From Dehalococcoidia bacterium (GTDB lineage: Bacteria > Chloroflexota > Dehalococcoidia > GIF9 > AB-539-J10), in assembly GCA_034431195.1 (NCBI GenBank), contig DAOUDP010000017.1, positions 195,051 through 259,050 of the forward strand: a stretch of DNA of 64,000 bases, written 5' to 3'. Numbering within the stretch: the stretch's first letter is position 1; the number at the start of each line of letters is the position of its first letter. A program made the translations under genes and the position numbers. Under the pieces are notes generated by a model. The model was not told the DNA's origin and did not search any database. It saw nothing but the letters and a program-made list of their open reading frames with translations. Of the stretch, positions 48,717 to 58,377 are shown in pieces.

Positions 48717-49358
48717 TTGGCTGATAAAGCTCTTTCCAGAAAGCAAAAACAGATCATAAGCTTCATTCGCCAGTATTTGCGTGATAATGGTTATCCTCCT
48801 AGTGTTAGAGACATTGTTAAAGGATGTGATATAAGTTCTACTTCTGTGGTAGTTTATAATCTAAATAAATTGGAGCGAGCAGGTTATATTCGTCGTCAAA
48901 GCGATATATCGCGAGGGATTGAGCTCTTAGATAAACGCCGTGAGAAAAGACTCGTCTATATACCTATAATAGGAGAGATAGCCGCTGGTGAGCCCATTCC
49001 TGTGCTTGATGCCAATAAAAGCGCTGTTACCTCTGATGAAGGGCTGGAGGTAAGTGACGACTTAATTCAAAGAAGGGGCAATATTTATGCTGTTAAGGTG
49101 AAAGGTGAATCGATGGTTGATGCCTTGATAGGGGATGGGGATATTGTGTTATTGAGTTACGTAGATAATGTTGAGGAAGGTGACATGACGGCAGTCTGGC
49201 TGAAGAAGGAGCAAGAAATTACTCTGAAAAAATTGTTTAAAGAGGGAGAGCGCGTGCGTCTTGAGTCGGCAAATAGCCAGATTAGTCCTATTTACACCTC
49301 TGTTGATAATATTGATATCCAGGGGAAGGTAGTTGCTGTCATCAGACGAATGTCATAA
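48717..49358 (+). CDS. lexA: LexA repressor
   Basis: N-terminal wHTH, Ala-Gly cleavage site (IAAGEP), S24 peptidase Ser/Lys (GESM ... LKK). Confidence 0.88.
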   Translation: MADKALSRKQKQIISFIRQYLRDNGYPPSVRDIVKGCDISSTSVVVYNLNKLERAGYIRRQSDISRGIELLDKRREKRLVYIPIIGEIAAGEPIPVLDANKSAVTSDEGLEVSDDLIQRRGNIYAVKVKGESMVDALIGDGDIVLLSYVDNVEEGDMTAVWLKKEQEITLKKLFKEGERVRLESANSQISPIYTSVDNIDIQGKVVAVIRRMS

Positions 49359-49361
49359 AAG

Positions 49362-50294
49362 TCACGTCTTCACAGATTTGGGGGAAACCAGCGTATACCA
49401 GTCAGCGTATCTAGGATTTCTTCCCAGTATTACCTGGCTAAACAGTTTTTGTAACTCAGCGGTTATTTTGCCGATTTCCCCTGTGCCTATCATACGGTGG
49501 TCGATTTCAATGATTGGAGTGATATGGGCTGCGGTGCCAGTAAGGAAACATTCTTCCGCAAGGTAGAGTTCGCTTCTATCAACAGTTCTCTCTATGGTGT
49601 CTACGCCCAGCTCGTTTTTAGCTAGTTTCATAACTGTATCTCTGGTGATTCCAACGAGGATATTATCGGATGAAGGGGGCGTGACTAGCTTCCCATCGAT
49701 AACCAAGAAGATATTTTCGCCACTGCCCTCGGAGACATGTCCATCATGGCTTAATAGTATTGCTTCATCATAGCCATTTTCCCATGCCTCGGTTTTAGCT
49801 AATGCGCTGTTAACATAGATACCACAAATTTTTCCTCGGGCTGGTATCATGGTGTCGTCGACACGCCGCCATGATGATGTACCGCAACAAACGCCATTCT
49901 GAGTATCAAGATAAGCAGGGAGTGTAGTCACAATGATAAGAAAATCGTCTTCAAGGTCGTGAAGGCGAACCCCGAGAGCTTCGGAACTTTTGTATGCCAT
50001 AGGGCGGATATAGACATCTTCATGGTAATTGCTTCTTTCTGTGGTCTCTATAGTCAATTGACATAATTCATCAAGGGAGTAGGATAGGTTGATTTTTAAC
50101 AAACGGCAACCATTGAGCATGCGTTTGTAGTGGTCTTTGATTCTGAAGAGGCAAAATCTCTTATGCTCACTATCCCAGTTTCCCCGAATGCCCTCGAAGC
50201 AAGCGGTGCCATAATGGAAAGCATGAGTCAAGATTCCAATTTTGGCTTTATCTAGCGGCATGAATTGTTTTTGAAAAAAAGCATAAGGTGGCAT
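49362..50294 (-). CDS. ilvE: branched-chain amino acid aminotransferase
   Basis: Fold-type IV PLP enzyme, ~310 aa, EGSGENIF-like and TREL-like motifs. Confidence 0.87.
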   Translation of the reverse strand: MPPYAFFQKQFMPLDKAKIGILTHAFHYGTACFEGIRGNWDSEHKRFCLFRIKDHYKRMLNGCRLLKINLSYSLDELCQLTIETTERSNYHEDVYIRPMAYKSSEALGVRLHDLEDDFLIIVTTLPAYLDTQNGVCCGTSSWRRVDDTMIPARGKICGIYVNSALAKTEAWENGYDEAILLSHDGHVSEGSGENIFLVIDGKLVTPPSSDNILVGITRDTVMKLAKNELGVDTIERTVDRSELYLAEECFLTGTAAHITPIIEIDHRMIGTGEIGKITAELQKLFSQVILGRNPRYADWYTLVSPKSVKT

Positions 50295-50397
50295 TTTCCC
50301 CTCTCGTTATAGTCTTGCTCAATTATACTTTTGCTGAAAGCTGAAAACAAGCCTCCTGCTGGCTCGCTTTGCGCGAAGTTGCGGCTTGGGGTGATAG

Positions 50398-51603
50398 TTA
50401 AAGGTTCTTGATAGGGATGTCGCTGCCTCTTTTTATGGATGTTGCACTGTATTTCCTTCGGATTTGGGCGATAGCATTGTCTAGACGCTTCTGTTTTTCT
50501 GTATCAGGCTCCGTGGAACCGAACAAAGAAAGTTGTTTCTCCTTGCCAGTCAGAGTTGATACTTTAATGCCAATAAGGCGAATGGGCTTTTCGCTTTTTG
50601 ATAAGACTTCATTTAGCAGCTGTAACGCGGTGGAGAAAATAACTTGCGTAACATTACTAGCCTCTCTTAAAGTAACCTGTCGAGTGATTGTTTTGAAATC
50701 AGCGTATCTGAGTTTTATAGCAATGCAACTTGCCAGGCTATTTTGAGAGTGCAACTTAGCGCTAATCTCGTTACATAATCCCCGCAAATTAGACTCAAGA
50801 AAATTCCGGTCTGAAGTATCATGAGCGAAAGTAATCTGGCGATTAATGGATTTGGATTCACCTGGCATCTCTACCGCGCGGTTGTCTATGCCATTAGCAT
50901 AACGATGCATTATTATTCCTGGCATTCCAAAGGTTTTCCTTATTTCCTCCAGAGGACACGAAGCTAGCTCGCCTATAGTGGTTATGCCCATTTCTTTTAA
51001 TGCCTGTTCTGTTTTTCCACCCACGCCAGGCAATTTAGATACCGGAAGGGGGGTTAAGAAATCTCGCTCTTTCCCCGGAGCTATCTCCAGTAACCCGTCA
51101 GGCTTACACAGGTCTGAGGCAATTTTGGCTACTACCTTACATGGTGCTATGCCCACTGATGCAGTGAGATTTAAGTTCTTATTTATTCGTGCTTTTATTG
51201 CTAGCGCCATCTGCTCAGGGGAGCCATGAAGTTGTTGGTATTCAGTGACATCAAGATAAGCTTCATCAAGCCCCAGCGGCTCAATAATGGGAGAGAAATC
51301 AGTCAGGATTTTCATAAACTTGGTTGATGCTTCTCGATATCGGTTAAGATTGACTTGCAGGAAGATAGCTTGAGGGCAAAGCCTGCGAGCTTTGGACAAA
51401 GGCATACCAGACCGTATCCCATAAGGGCGGGCTTCATATGAGGGGGAGGATACTACGCCACGACGGTTTGGGTCTCCGCCAACAACCACTGGCTTCCCCT
51501 TCAGCTCTGGATTGTGAACCTGCTCTACAGAGGCAAAAAAGGCATCCAAATCAATATGGAAAATGCACTGAGCCATAACCAAATTATAGATTGGCTGGAG
51601 CAA
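50398..51603 (-). CDS. dinB: DNA polymerase IV (Y-family)
   Basis: HIDLDAFFASVE, PVVVGG, SIDEAYLDV motifs; probable start at internal ATG 51576 (MAQCIFHIDLD...). Confidence 0.9.
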   Translation of the reverse strand: MLQPIYNLVMAQCIFHIDLDAFFASVEQVHNPELKGKPVVVGGDPNRRGVVSSPSYEARPYGIRSGMPLSKARRLCPQAIFLQVNLNRYREASTKFMKILTDFSPIIEPLGLDEAYLDVTEYQQLHGSPEQMALAIKARINKNLNLTASVGIAPCKVVAKIASDLCKPDGLLEIAPGKERDFLTPLPVSKLPGVGGKTEQALKEMGITTIGELASCPLEEIRKTFGMPGIIMHRYANGIDNRAVEMPGESKSINRQITFAHDTSDRNFLESNLRGLCNEISAKLHSQNSLASCIAIKLRYADFKTITRQVTLREASNVTQVIFSTALQLLNEVLSKSEKPIRLIGIKVSTLTGKEKQLSLFGSTEPDTEKQKRLDNAIAQIRRKYSATSIKRGSDIPIKNL

Positions 51604-51605
51604 GC

Positions 51606-51625
51606 TAACAATGACTAGATTGTTA
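51606..51625. promoter_or_regulatory. perfect palindrome TAACAAT-GACTAG-ATTGTTA upstream of dinB (candidate operator)
   Basis: 7-bp inverted arms with 6-bp spacer located ~30 bp upstream of the probable dinB ATG. Confidence 0.25.
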
Positions 51626-51633
51626 TTCTCTTT

Positions 51634-53049
51634 TTAATTCAATGGTGGTTTTTTATCAGCCCATGGGCAGGCTTTCTCAAAGGCTGCCGAAGCTCGAATG
51701 ACTGTAGCCTCATCATATCGCCTTCCCACGATTTGCAAGCCAACGGGCAACCCTTCCTTGGTAAATCCACAAGGCACACTAGCTGCCGGCTGCCCGGTAA
51801 AGTTAAACGGAATGGTGAAGCAAGGTACGGCCGTGGGGCTGACGTCTTGGCCATCAATCTTGGTGGGTCCCAGAGGGGTCGCTACGTCAAAGGCGGTTAT
51901 GGGCATGGTGGGAATGAGGAGAAAGTCGTAGGTTTCAAATATTTGGCGAATTTTAGCCCAGAGGTCCTCCCGATGAAATTGGGCCATAGCCATGTCTCGC
52001 GATGTAAAAGTGTCAGCCATTGGGATAAAAGCTTTATAAACGGAATACATCACTTTCTCCCATTCCTCGCGGCGCTCTTCTAAGGCGGCAGCTGTTTCAC
52101 AGATTTCTAAGACCAGCCAGTCAGATTCCATATTAAGGAAATCTGCGGTGATCTCCTCCACCTTACATCCTAGATGTTCAAATTGCCGGGCAGCCTTCCG
52201 AGTGACATCTCTCACCTCTGGATCCACCACAGCGTAGCCCAGATTCGGACTCCATGCCACCTTACAACCTTCCACCCCACCCTTGGCAGCCTTCATAAGA
52301 TCCATTTCCTGGGTGGGGAGGGAGAAGTGGTCTCGGTCATCAGGGCCGGCCATGACAGATAGCATCAATGCGCCATCGGCCACAGTCCTGGTCAGGGATC
52401 CTTCAGCAGCCAGGGTCTCCCAGCCATGAAGGGCAGGCTGTCGAGCTATCCGACCAAATTGAGGTTTTAGTCCATAGACGCCGCAAAAGCTTGCTGGGAT
52501 GCGGATAGAACCACCTCCATCGCTTCCATTATGTAGGGGTCCCAAGCCCGCTGCTGTAGCAGCCGCTGCACCACCGCTGGAGCCCCCAGGGGTCTTATTT
52601 AAATTCCAGGGATTTCTGGATGGGCCGAAGACCGGGTTGTCGGTGTTAGCAATAAGGCCAAACTCTGGAACGTTGGTCTTACCTAAAATAATTGCCCCGG
52701 CAGCTTTCAATTTTTCCACGAAGGCACAGTCTTCATCGGGAATGAAATCTTCGTAGAGTTTCGAACCAAATGTCGTCCGGATCCCTTTGGTAAAGACAAG
52801 GTCCTTAATAGAGACTGGGATACCATGTAGCGGCCCAAGAGCCTTCCCCTTCATCACGGCGTCCTCAGCTGCCTTGGCGGCATTGCGCGCCGCCTCAGCT
52901 GTGAGAGTCACATAGGCATTGATCTTTGGATTGATTTCTTCGATACGGTCCAAGACGGCATCTACTACCTCTACCGGAGAGAGTTTCTTCTTTTTGATGG
53001 CTGTTGCCATCTCCGTGGCTGGCATAAAACAAAGCTCTTCATTCTTCAT
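51634..53049 (-). CDS. amidase-signature family amidase (GatA-like)
   Basis: 471 aa; GGSSGG motif, Ser-cisSer-Lys triad context (KDLV...GGSSGGAAA). Confidence 0.85.
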   Translation of the reverse strand: MKNEELCFMPATEMATAIKKKKLSPVEVVDAVLDRIEEINPKINAYVTLTAEAARNAAKAAEDAVMKGKALGPLHGIPVSIKDLVFTKGIRTTFGSKLYEDFIPDEDCAFVEKLKAAGAIILGKTNVPEFGLIANTDNPVFGPSRNPWNLNKTPGGSSGGAAAATAAGLGPLHNGSDGGGSIRIPASFCGVYGLKPQFGRIARQPALHGWETLAAEGSLTRTVADGALMLSVMAGPDDRDHFSLPTQEMDLMKAAKGGVEGCKVAWSPNLGYAVVDPEVRDVTRKAARQFEHLGCKVEEITADFLNMESDWLVLEICETAAALEERREEWEKVMYSVYKAFIPMADTFTSRDMAMAQFHREDLWAKIRQIFETYDFLLIPTMPITAFDVATPLGPTKIDGQDVSPTAVPCFTIPFNFTGQPAASVPCGFTKEGLPVGLQIVGRRYDEATVIRASAAFEKACPWADKKPPLN

Positions 53050-53358
53050 AGTGACCTCCTGTTGTTACACTCGCTGCGTATTTACGGAATATGTTTTCTT
53101 CTTTCCCTGTCAAAATTCTCTTGCAAAACAAAGCTGTCACTGTTGCTAGTCATAGGTTTATAATTAACTAAATCGCCTATAGTTTAGTCCATCCATAGGG
53201 GTTATCAGGGCACATTCTGGGGGGAACAACGGAGAAAACATCCAGAGCGATATGGGAAATGCTGTGGTCATAACGGAATTATAACTTGGCTAGGAGAAAC
53301 TGGCAATGACTTGCTAACCGAGTGGTGTCTTGAAAGAGTGTTACAATAACTTCGTTCT

Positions 53359-53709
53359 ATGGTGAGAAATGTATGCTGGGTGGCGCGAATCTTAGGTTTG
53401 GCTTATAGTGGGTTTGCCATTTATTTTTGGTTTTTCTGTTATGAACCCAGGTTACTGCCTGCAGCTATATTGCTCAGTGCGCCATTTGTGGTAGCGGTAG
53501 CCATAGCCTGGAAATGGATGGGTAAATCACCTGAATTGCTCGGTGGAGTATCGTTTATACTTTTGGGTCTTGTTCCGCTGGTACATTTTGCAGTTACCTC
53601 TGGTACGGCAATTTTTTATTCCCAGCCAGTTGTGGCAGTGTTATGTTTCACACCGCTGGCTATCGGAATTCTGTTTGTCTTGGCGTATGGAAAGAGCCAG
53701 GATAGCTAA
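53359..53709 (+). CDS. hypothetical membrane protein (116 aa, 4 TM)
   Basis: Hydrophobic profile only. Confidence 0.45.
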   Translation: MVRNVCWVARILGLAYSGFAIYFWFFCYEPRLLPAAILLSAPFVVAVAIAWKWMGKSPELLGGVSFILLGLVPLVHFAVTSGTAIFYSQPVVAVLCFTPLAIGILFVLAYGKSQDS

Positions 53710-53897
53710 TCGCTTTTGGGGATAACCTGTTTTAGCCTTCTTTCAAAGACGCTTCTTGATAACAGAATTCTTCGCTGGCATCTAAGGCACTTTAAGCCTA
53801 TATCAGTGCCGACCCTCACTACCTCCCATTCATAGCTGCCGCAGGGATGTGGTTTGCGGAGAAGAGCCACATCGCCGAGTTTTATATCGGTGGACAA
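53706..53897 (-). CDS. DUF951-family small protein
   Basis: 63 aa; [14 protein letters not shown]...[15 protein letters not shown] pattern of DUF951. Confidence 0.6.
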   Translation of the reverse strand: MSTDIKLGDVALLRKPHPCGSYEWEVVRVGTDIGLKCLRCQRRILLSRSVFERRLKQVIPKSD

Positions 53898-53905
53898 AGT
53901 ATCCT

Positions 53906-54730
53906 TTAGCGGGAGGCTAAGCAGGCGTTAATTTCGTTGCGAATTCTCTCAGCCGTATCTCTGGCTGCTTGGGCAAAATCCCTTTCTTTTGAGGTGTATA
54001 TAATTTGCCTTGATATAGTGATAATGGCGTTTTCCCCCTTAGCATCCACTCCGTATTTAACTGCTGAAGCTAAGTCTCCACCCTGAGTGCCGATTCCGGG
54101 AATGAGCAAGGGCATGTTGAGGCAAATTGAGCGTATCCTCCTCAATTCCCCAACGTAAGTAGCTCCCACTACCACGCCAACATTGCCATAGATATTCCAT
54201 TGTCTTGCCTTCTGAGCTACCAGGTCATACAGTGATGCCCCAGCGCATAGAAGCCTCTGGAAGTCTGAAGCTCCAGGGTTCGAGGTTAAACTAAGGATGA
54301 ATACCCCTTTATTCTTGTAATTGATGAACGGCTCTATGGAATCGAAGCCAAGGTAAGGGTTGACGGTGGCAGCGTCGAATCCGAAGGTAGAGAAAAGAGC
54401 CTTGGCATAAACTTTGGCGGTATTACCTATATCCCCACGCTTGGCATCGCCAATTACGGGGATATGGTCGGGAGTATGTTCGATGGTCTTATTCAGTAGA
54501 GTTAGCCCCTTGGCTCCCAGAGCTTCGTAAAAGGCTAGGTTAAGCTTATAGGCACATACTAAATCGCAAGTAGCGTCAATAATAGCTTGATTGAATTCCA
54601 GAGGCTTTACTTTAGGCATAAGGTCCGGGTCGGGGTCGAGTCCAACACAGAGCAAACTTCTATTGCTCCTGCTGGCGCTTAGGAGTTTATCGATAAAATT
54701 CGTCGGTTTGTTCTTGGACAAGTTACCCAA
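53906..54730 (-). CDS. pyrF: orotidine 5'-phosphate decarboxylase, type 2
   Basis: [18 protein letters not shown] motifs; 274 aa. Confidence 0.8.
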   Translation of the reverse strand: MGNLSKNKPTNFIDKLLSASRSNRSLLCVGLDPDPDLMPKVKPLEFNQAIIDATCDLVCAYKLNLAFYEALGAKGLTLLNKTIEHTPDHIPVIGDAKRGDIGNTAKVYAKALFSTFGFDAATVNPYLGFDSIEPFINYKNKGVFILSLTSNPGASDFQRLLCAGASLYDLVAQKARQWNIYGNVGVVVGATYVGELRRIRSICLNMPLLIPGIGTQGGDLASAVKYGVDAKGENAIITISRQIIYTSKERDFAQAARDTAERIRNEINACLASR

Positions 54731-54802
54731 ACAACGCAGCCCCTACTTACTACCCTTAGCTAGACTTCACCAAAGCGCTGCTTATCGTCTTTGGATCCTA
54801 TC

Positions 54803-55306
54803 TCAAGCATAGAGTATCAAGGTTCCGGTAGCTTTAGCAACCTGCTCATTACGCTGATTGACGATGTTTGTTTCCGCGGCGTAAAAATACATCTTGCCCA
54901 TTTTGCCCCGTCGTTCGTAGATATTGGCAAGCTTGGTGCGGGAGGTAATGACATCGCCAACCTTCAGCGGTTTGAACATCTCCCACTCTCCTCCCCCATC
55001 CAGTACGCCTTTAACGTTTTGGGGGAATTGCATACCTGGAACTGGTGATCCCATGTAGCCTGCGGGGGCTTTGGGGTCGGTAGGAGGGGCCAAGAACATA
55101 GAGGCACATAGAAGATATGGAGGTGCGATAATGCCGCCATACTTGGTTTTCTTGGCATATTCCTCATCTCGCCACAGAGGGTTGGGGTCATCTACAGCAT
55201 GGACAAAGCGGCCAATCATTCCCTTCTCTATCTCCACCGTAATCGCTGGTCCCTCAATGCCTATCTGCTTTCGCAAATCCTCTAAGGTAACTTCCTTCTC
55301 AGCCAT
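54803..55306 (-). CDS. hotdog-fold MaoC-like protein, probably non-catalytic partner (HadA-like)
   Basis: VDDPNPLW region resembles the hydratase-2 motif but lacks the catalytic His. Confidence 0.65.
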   Translation of the reverse strand: MAEKEVTLEDLRKQIGIEGPAITVEIEKGMIGRFVHAVDDPNPLWRDEEYAKKTKYGGIIAPPYLLCASMFLAPPTDPKAPAGYMGSPVPGMQFPQNVKGVLDGGGEWEMFKPLKVGDVITSRTKLANIYERRGKMGKMYFYAAETNIVNQRNEQVAKATGTLILYA

Positions 55307-55333
55307 TCTTTATCCTCCAAAATCTTGCTGATC

Positions 55334-56119
55334 TTACATATATGCTCCGCCAGATATGTTTAGCAAATTACCGGTGATGAAGTTGGAATCGTCTGAAGCA
55401 AAGAAAAGTATTGGTTTTGCTGCCTCTTCAGGGGTCAATGTCTTGCCACCCATTGCTCCTATCATGATATCCCTGATCTTCTTGGGAATGCCTACTGGTT
55501 CTCCGTCAACTATATCGCCTGTTTCCTTCTCCTGAGTTAACCTGGTATCAACTACTCCGTAGGCGACGACATTGCACCTCACCCCAAAAGTTGCCCACTC
55601 TCTGGCGACCGTTTTGGTCATGCCGATGAGCCCAGCTTTGGCGCTGGCGTAGTTAATCTGTCCCACATTGCCCATTAAACCGGCTACCGAAGACACATTA
55701 ACTATTCTGCCATTATGGTCTCGATGTCGCATATATTTGGAAGCTGCCCGAACGCAATTAAACGCCCCTCTGAGAGAAATATTGACGCAGACGTCCCATT
55801 GAGCATCGGTCATCTTGTGAATCATGGCATCCCTGGTGATTCCGGCATTGTTTATCAGGATGTCCAGCTTGCCGAATTTCTCCACAGCGGCGTCCATTAA
55901 CTTCTGGGCATCTTCTGCTTTAGTTATGTCAGCAACGCAACATGCTGCCTTTCCAGGAAAGGCTTTGTTTATCTCATTTGCTGCTTCGCTGCAAGGAGCT
56001 GGATCAATGTCGTTCACCACCACACTTGCTCCCTCTTGGGCAAAGAGCATTGCTGTTGCCTTTCCTATTCCTCTTCCTGACCCTGTGACTACCGCTACTT
56101 GACCATCTAGCTTCCCCAT
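55334..56119 (-). CDS. short-chain dehydrogenase/reductase (3-oxoacyl-ACP/CoA reductase, FabG-like)
   Basis: TGSGRGIG Rossmann motif, NNAG, S...YxxxK catalytic triad (SSVAG...YASAKAG). Confidence 0.88.
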   Translation of the reverse strand: MGKLDGQVAVVTGSGRGIGKATAMLFAQEGASVVVNDIDPAPCSEAANEINKAFPGKAACCVADITKAEDAQKLMDAAVEKFGKLDILINNAGITRDAMIHKMTDAQWDVCVNISLRGAFNCVRAASKYMRHRDHNGRIVNVSSVAGLMGNVGQINYASAKAGLIGMTKTVAREWATFGVRCNVVAYGVVDTRLTQEKETGDIVDGEPVGIPKKIRDIMIGAMGGKTLTPEEAAKPILFFASDDSNFITGNLLNISGGAYM

Positions 56120-56152
56120 GGATGCCTCCTTTAATTGTTTTTGCTAAAAGAA

Positions 56153-56584
56153 TTAGCCTTTTGATGGTAAGCTGACCACTGCGCTGCCAGTTATTGTCTT
56201 TTCGCCCTGTGGGTTTTCTGTCCAGATATCAAGTTCAACGAGGTGTTCATTGTTTTCGACATATTTTTTGGTTACTTTCCCTTTACAGGTTAGGTCTTGG
56301 TCAGGGAAATCCATGCCCCGGTAGCGAACATTATATTTCTTTAAGTTTCCTTCTAATCCAGTCCAATCGGTGAGCATTTGTCCCAAGAAGGAGGCCTTGA
56401 GCCTGCCGTGAACTATCACATCGGATAATCCTGACGCTAAAGCAAAATCTTTGTCATAATGAATCTCATAGAAGTCCCCTGATGCTCCGGCCCACTGTAC
56501 TAGCTGTCGTCTCGTAGCTCGTTTAACTAAAGAAGGGATCTCTGAACCTACCTCGATATCCTCATAAAAAACTTGCTCTGCCAC
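56153..56584 (-). CDS. MaoC-like (R)-specific enoyl-CoA/ACP hydratase (catalytic hotdog subunit)
   Basis: SGDFYEIHYD matches the hydratase-2 D-x4-H motif. Confidence 0.78.
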   Translation of the reverse strand: MAEQVFYEDIEVGSEIPSLVKRATRRQLVQWAGASGDFYEIHYDKDFALASGLSDVIVHGRLKASFLGQMLTDWTGLEGNLKKYNVRYRGMDFPDQDLTCKGKVTKKYVENNEHLVELDIWTENPQGEKTITGSAVVSLPSKG

Positions 56585-56686
56585 GATTTACCTCCGGTGC
56601 ACAAATTAGCGCACCGATTATATCAGGCTATTTCCCGACCTGTCAATGTTTAAATTTTTGTTGCCGTAGATTAGTATTACTGGTGA

Positions 56687-58021
56687 ATGAATTATAGCCA
56701 GGCTGAAGAATATCTTTCCCGCCTTGTCGATTATGAAAAAATTCCTGGCGTATCCTATGCCTCGCCAGATTATAACTTGAAGCATGTCGAATATCTGTTG
56801 CAGTTATTGGGCAATCCTCATTTATGTGCTAGGGCAATACATATAGCAGGGACTAAAGGGAAGGGGAGTGTAGCGGCAATGGTTGCCCAAGTTTTAACTG
56901 CCTCAGGATATAACACAGGGCTATATACTTCACCCCACCTTAATACTTTGAGGGAGCGTATTAGGGTCAATAGTAATTTAATCTCCGAAGCCGAGTTTGC
57001 CTTTCTCATGACCAAGCTCAAACCTTACATTGAGATAGTAAATCATAACCCTGATTTCTGGAAGCTGACCTACTTTGAGGTATTGACTGTGCTGGCATTT
57101 ACTTATTTCAGGGAGAAACAGGTGGATTTTCAGGTATTGGAGGTGGGATTAGGTGGCAGGCTGGATGCCACTAATGTAGCTAAACCAGATGTCTGTGTTA
57201 TCACTCCCATCAGCCGAGACCATACCGAGATTTTGGGTGACAATCTGGATAAGATAGTTCTGGAAAAAGCAGGCATCGTTAAACCTGGCTGTTTTGTTGT
57301 CAGCTCTCCACAAACTGAGGAGGTATCTAAGGTGTTAAGCGATGTTTGCTGCAGGCAAGATGTGGAATTAATTCAAGTAGGCAAGGACATTGTCTGGGAT
57401 GGTGTAACCAATGACCTTCACCAGCAATCATTTATAGTTGAAGGAAGGGAGGAGGTTTATCATCTTACCGTTCCACTTCTGGGAGATTTCCAAGTGGAGA
57501 ATGCCTGCACTGCTATAGCGGCGTTAGAGATGTTGAGGTCTCACGGTTTTGATATCTCAGTGGGAAGTATTGTCACGGGGTTGGCGGAGGTTGATTGGCC
57601 GGGGCGGTTTCAGATTTTGAATCGCAAGCCATTGGTATTAGTTGATGGTGCTCATAATGTGGCATCGATGACGAGATTGGCTTGGAATGTAAAAAAGTAT
57701 TTCCACTATGAACGGCTCTTTGTTATTTTGGGTGTCTCGGTAGACAAAGATATAGACGGCATAGCGCGAGAATTAGCCTCCCTTTCGCCTCAGGTTATTG
57801 TTACCCGTTCTTCGCAGCCGCGTGCTGCTTTTCCCGATGATATAGCTGCCAAGTTCAGTGAGCATGGTTTTAATCCACAGATTGCCGAAAACGTTTTTCA
57901 AGCTCTCACCTTAGCTTTATCTGTGGCGAAGGATAATGACCTTATCTTGGTTACCGGCTCTCTATTTGTAGTGGCTGAAGCTCTGGATTATGCTACCAAA
58001 TATCTGCCGAAAGCTAGTTAG
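56687..58021 (+). CDS. folC: folylpolyglutamate synthase / dihydrofolate synthase
   Basis: Mur-ligase family P-loop GTKGKGS, ~440 aa, FolC-type N-terminus. Confidence 0.85.
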   Translation: MNYSQAEEYLSRLVDYEKIPGVSYASPDYNLKHVEYLLQLLGNPHLCARAIHIAGTKGKGSVAAMVAQVLTASGYNTGLYTSPHLNTLRERIRVNSNLISEAEFAFLMTKLKPYIEIVNHNPDFWKLTYFEVLTVLAFTYFREKQVDFQVLEVGLGGRLDATNVAKPDVCVITPISRDHTEILGDNLDKIVLEKAGIVKPGCFVVSSPQTEEVSKVLSDVCCRQDVELIQVGKDIVWDGVTNDLHQQSFIVEGREEVYHLTVPLLGDFQVENACTAIAALEMLRSHGFDISVGSIVTGLAEVDWPGRFQILNRKPLVLVDGAHNVASMTRLAWNVKKYFHYERLFVILGVSVDKDIDGIARELASLSPQVIVTRSSQPRAAFPDDIAAKFSEHGFNPQIAENVFQALTLALSVAKDNDLILVTGSLFVVAEALDYATKYLPKAS

Positions 58022-58290
58022 TGCTGTATAGATTCAGTCAGGGTGGGTGACGCGAGGGCTTCCTGGGGTAGCATTTTGGGTAACATTTGCTGCAATGCCA
58101 TAACGTGACTGCATATCCCCCATTGGGAAAAGAAATGGCAAGAACAATGCCAATTCCCATCTTGGTAAGCTAATTTGTGGATATCATTCTCTCCGCGAAA
58201 ATTCACTGAAAACGAGGAAAAAGTCACTCGCTCTGGTTGTTGAGCATAAATGCTAGCTTTTTCAATCTTACCAATGAAACTGGATCTCAT
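58018..58290 (-). CDS. SWIM zinc-finger protein
   Basis: CSCHFFSQWGICSHVMAL = CxC-x(n)-CxH SWIM signature. Confidence 0.55.
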   Translation of the reverse strand: MRSSFIGKIEKASIYAQQPERVTFSSFSVNFRGENDIHKLAYQDGNWHCSCHFFSQWGICSHVMALQQMLPKMLPQEALASPTLTESIQH

Positions 58291-58377
58291 CTAAAGCCCT
58301 CCTTGTTTGACAAAAATTCTTGAATTTTCAAGCGACATTTAACTAGAGTATATAATATAGGCGGTCAAAAATCCATT

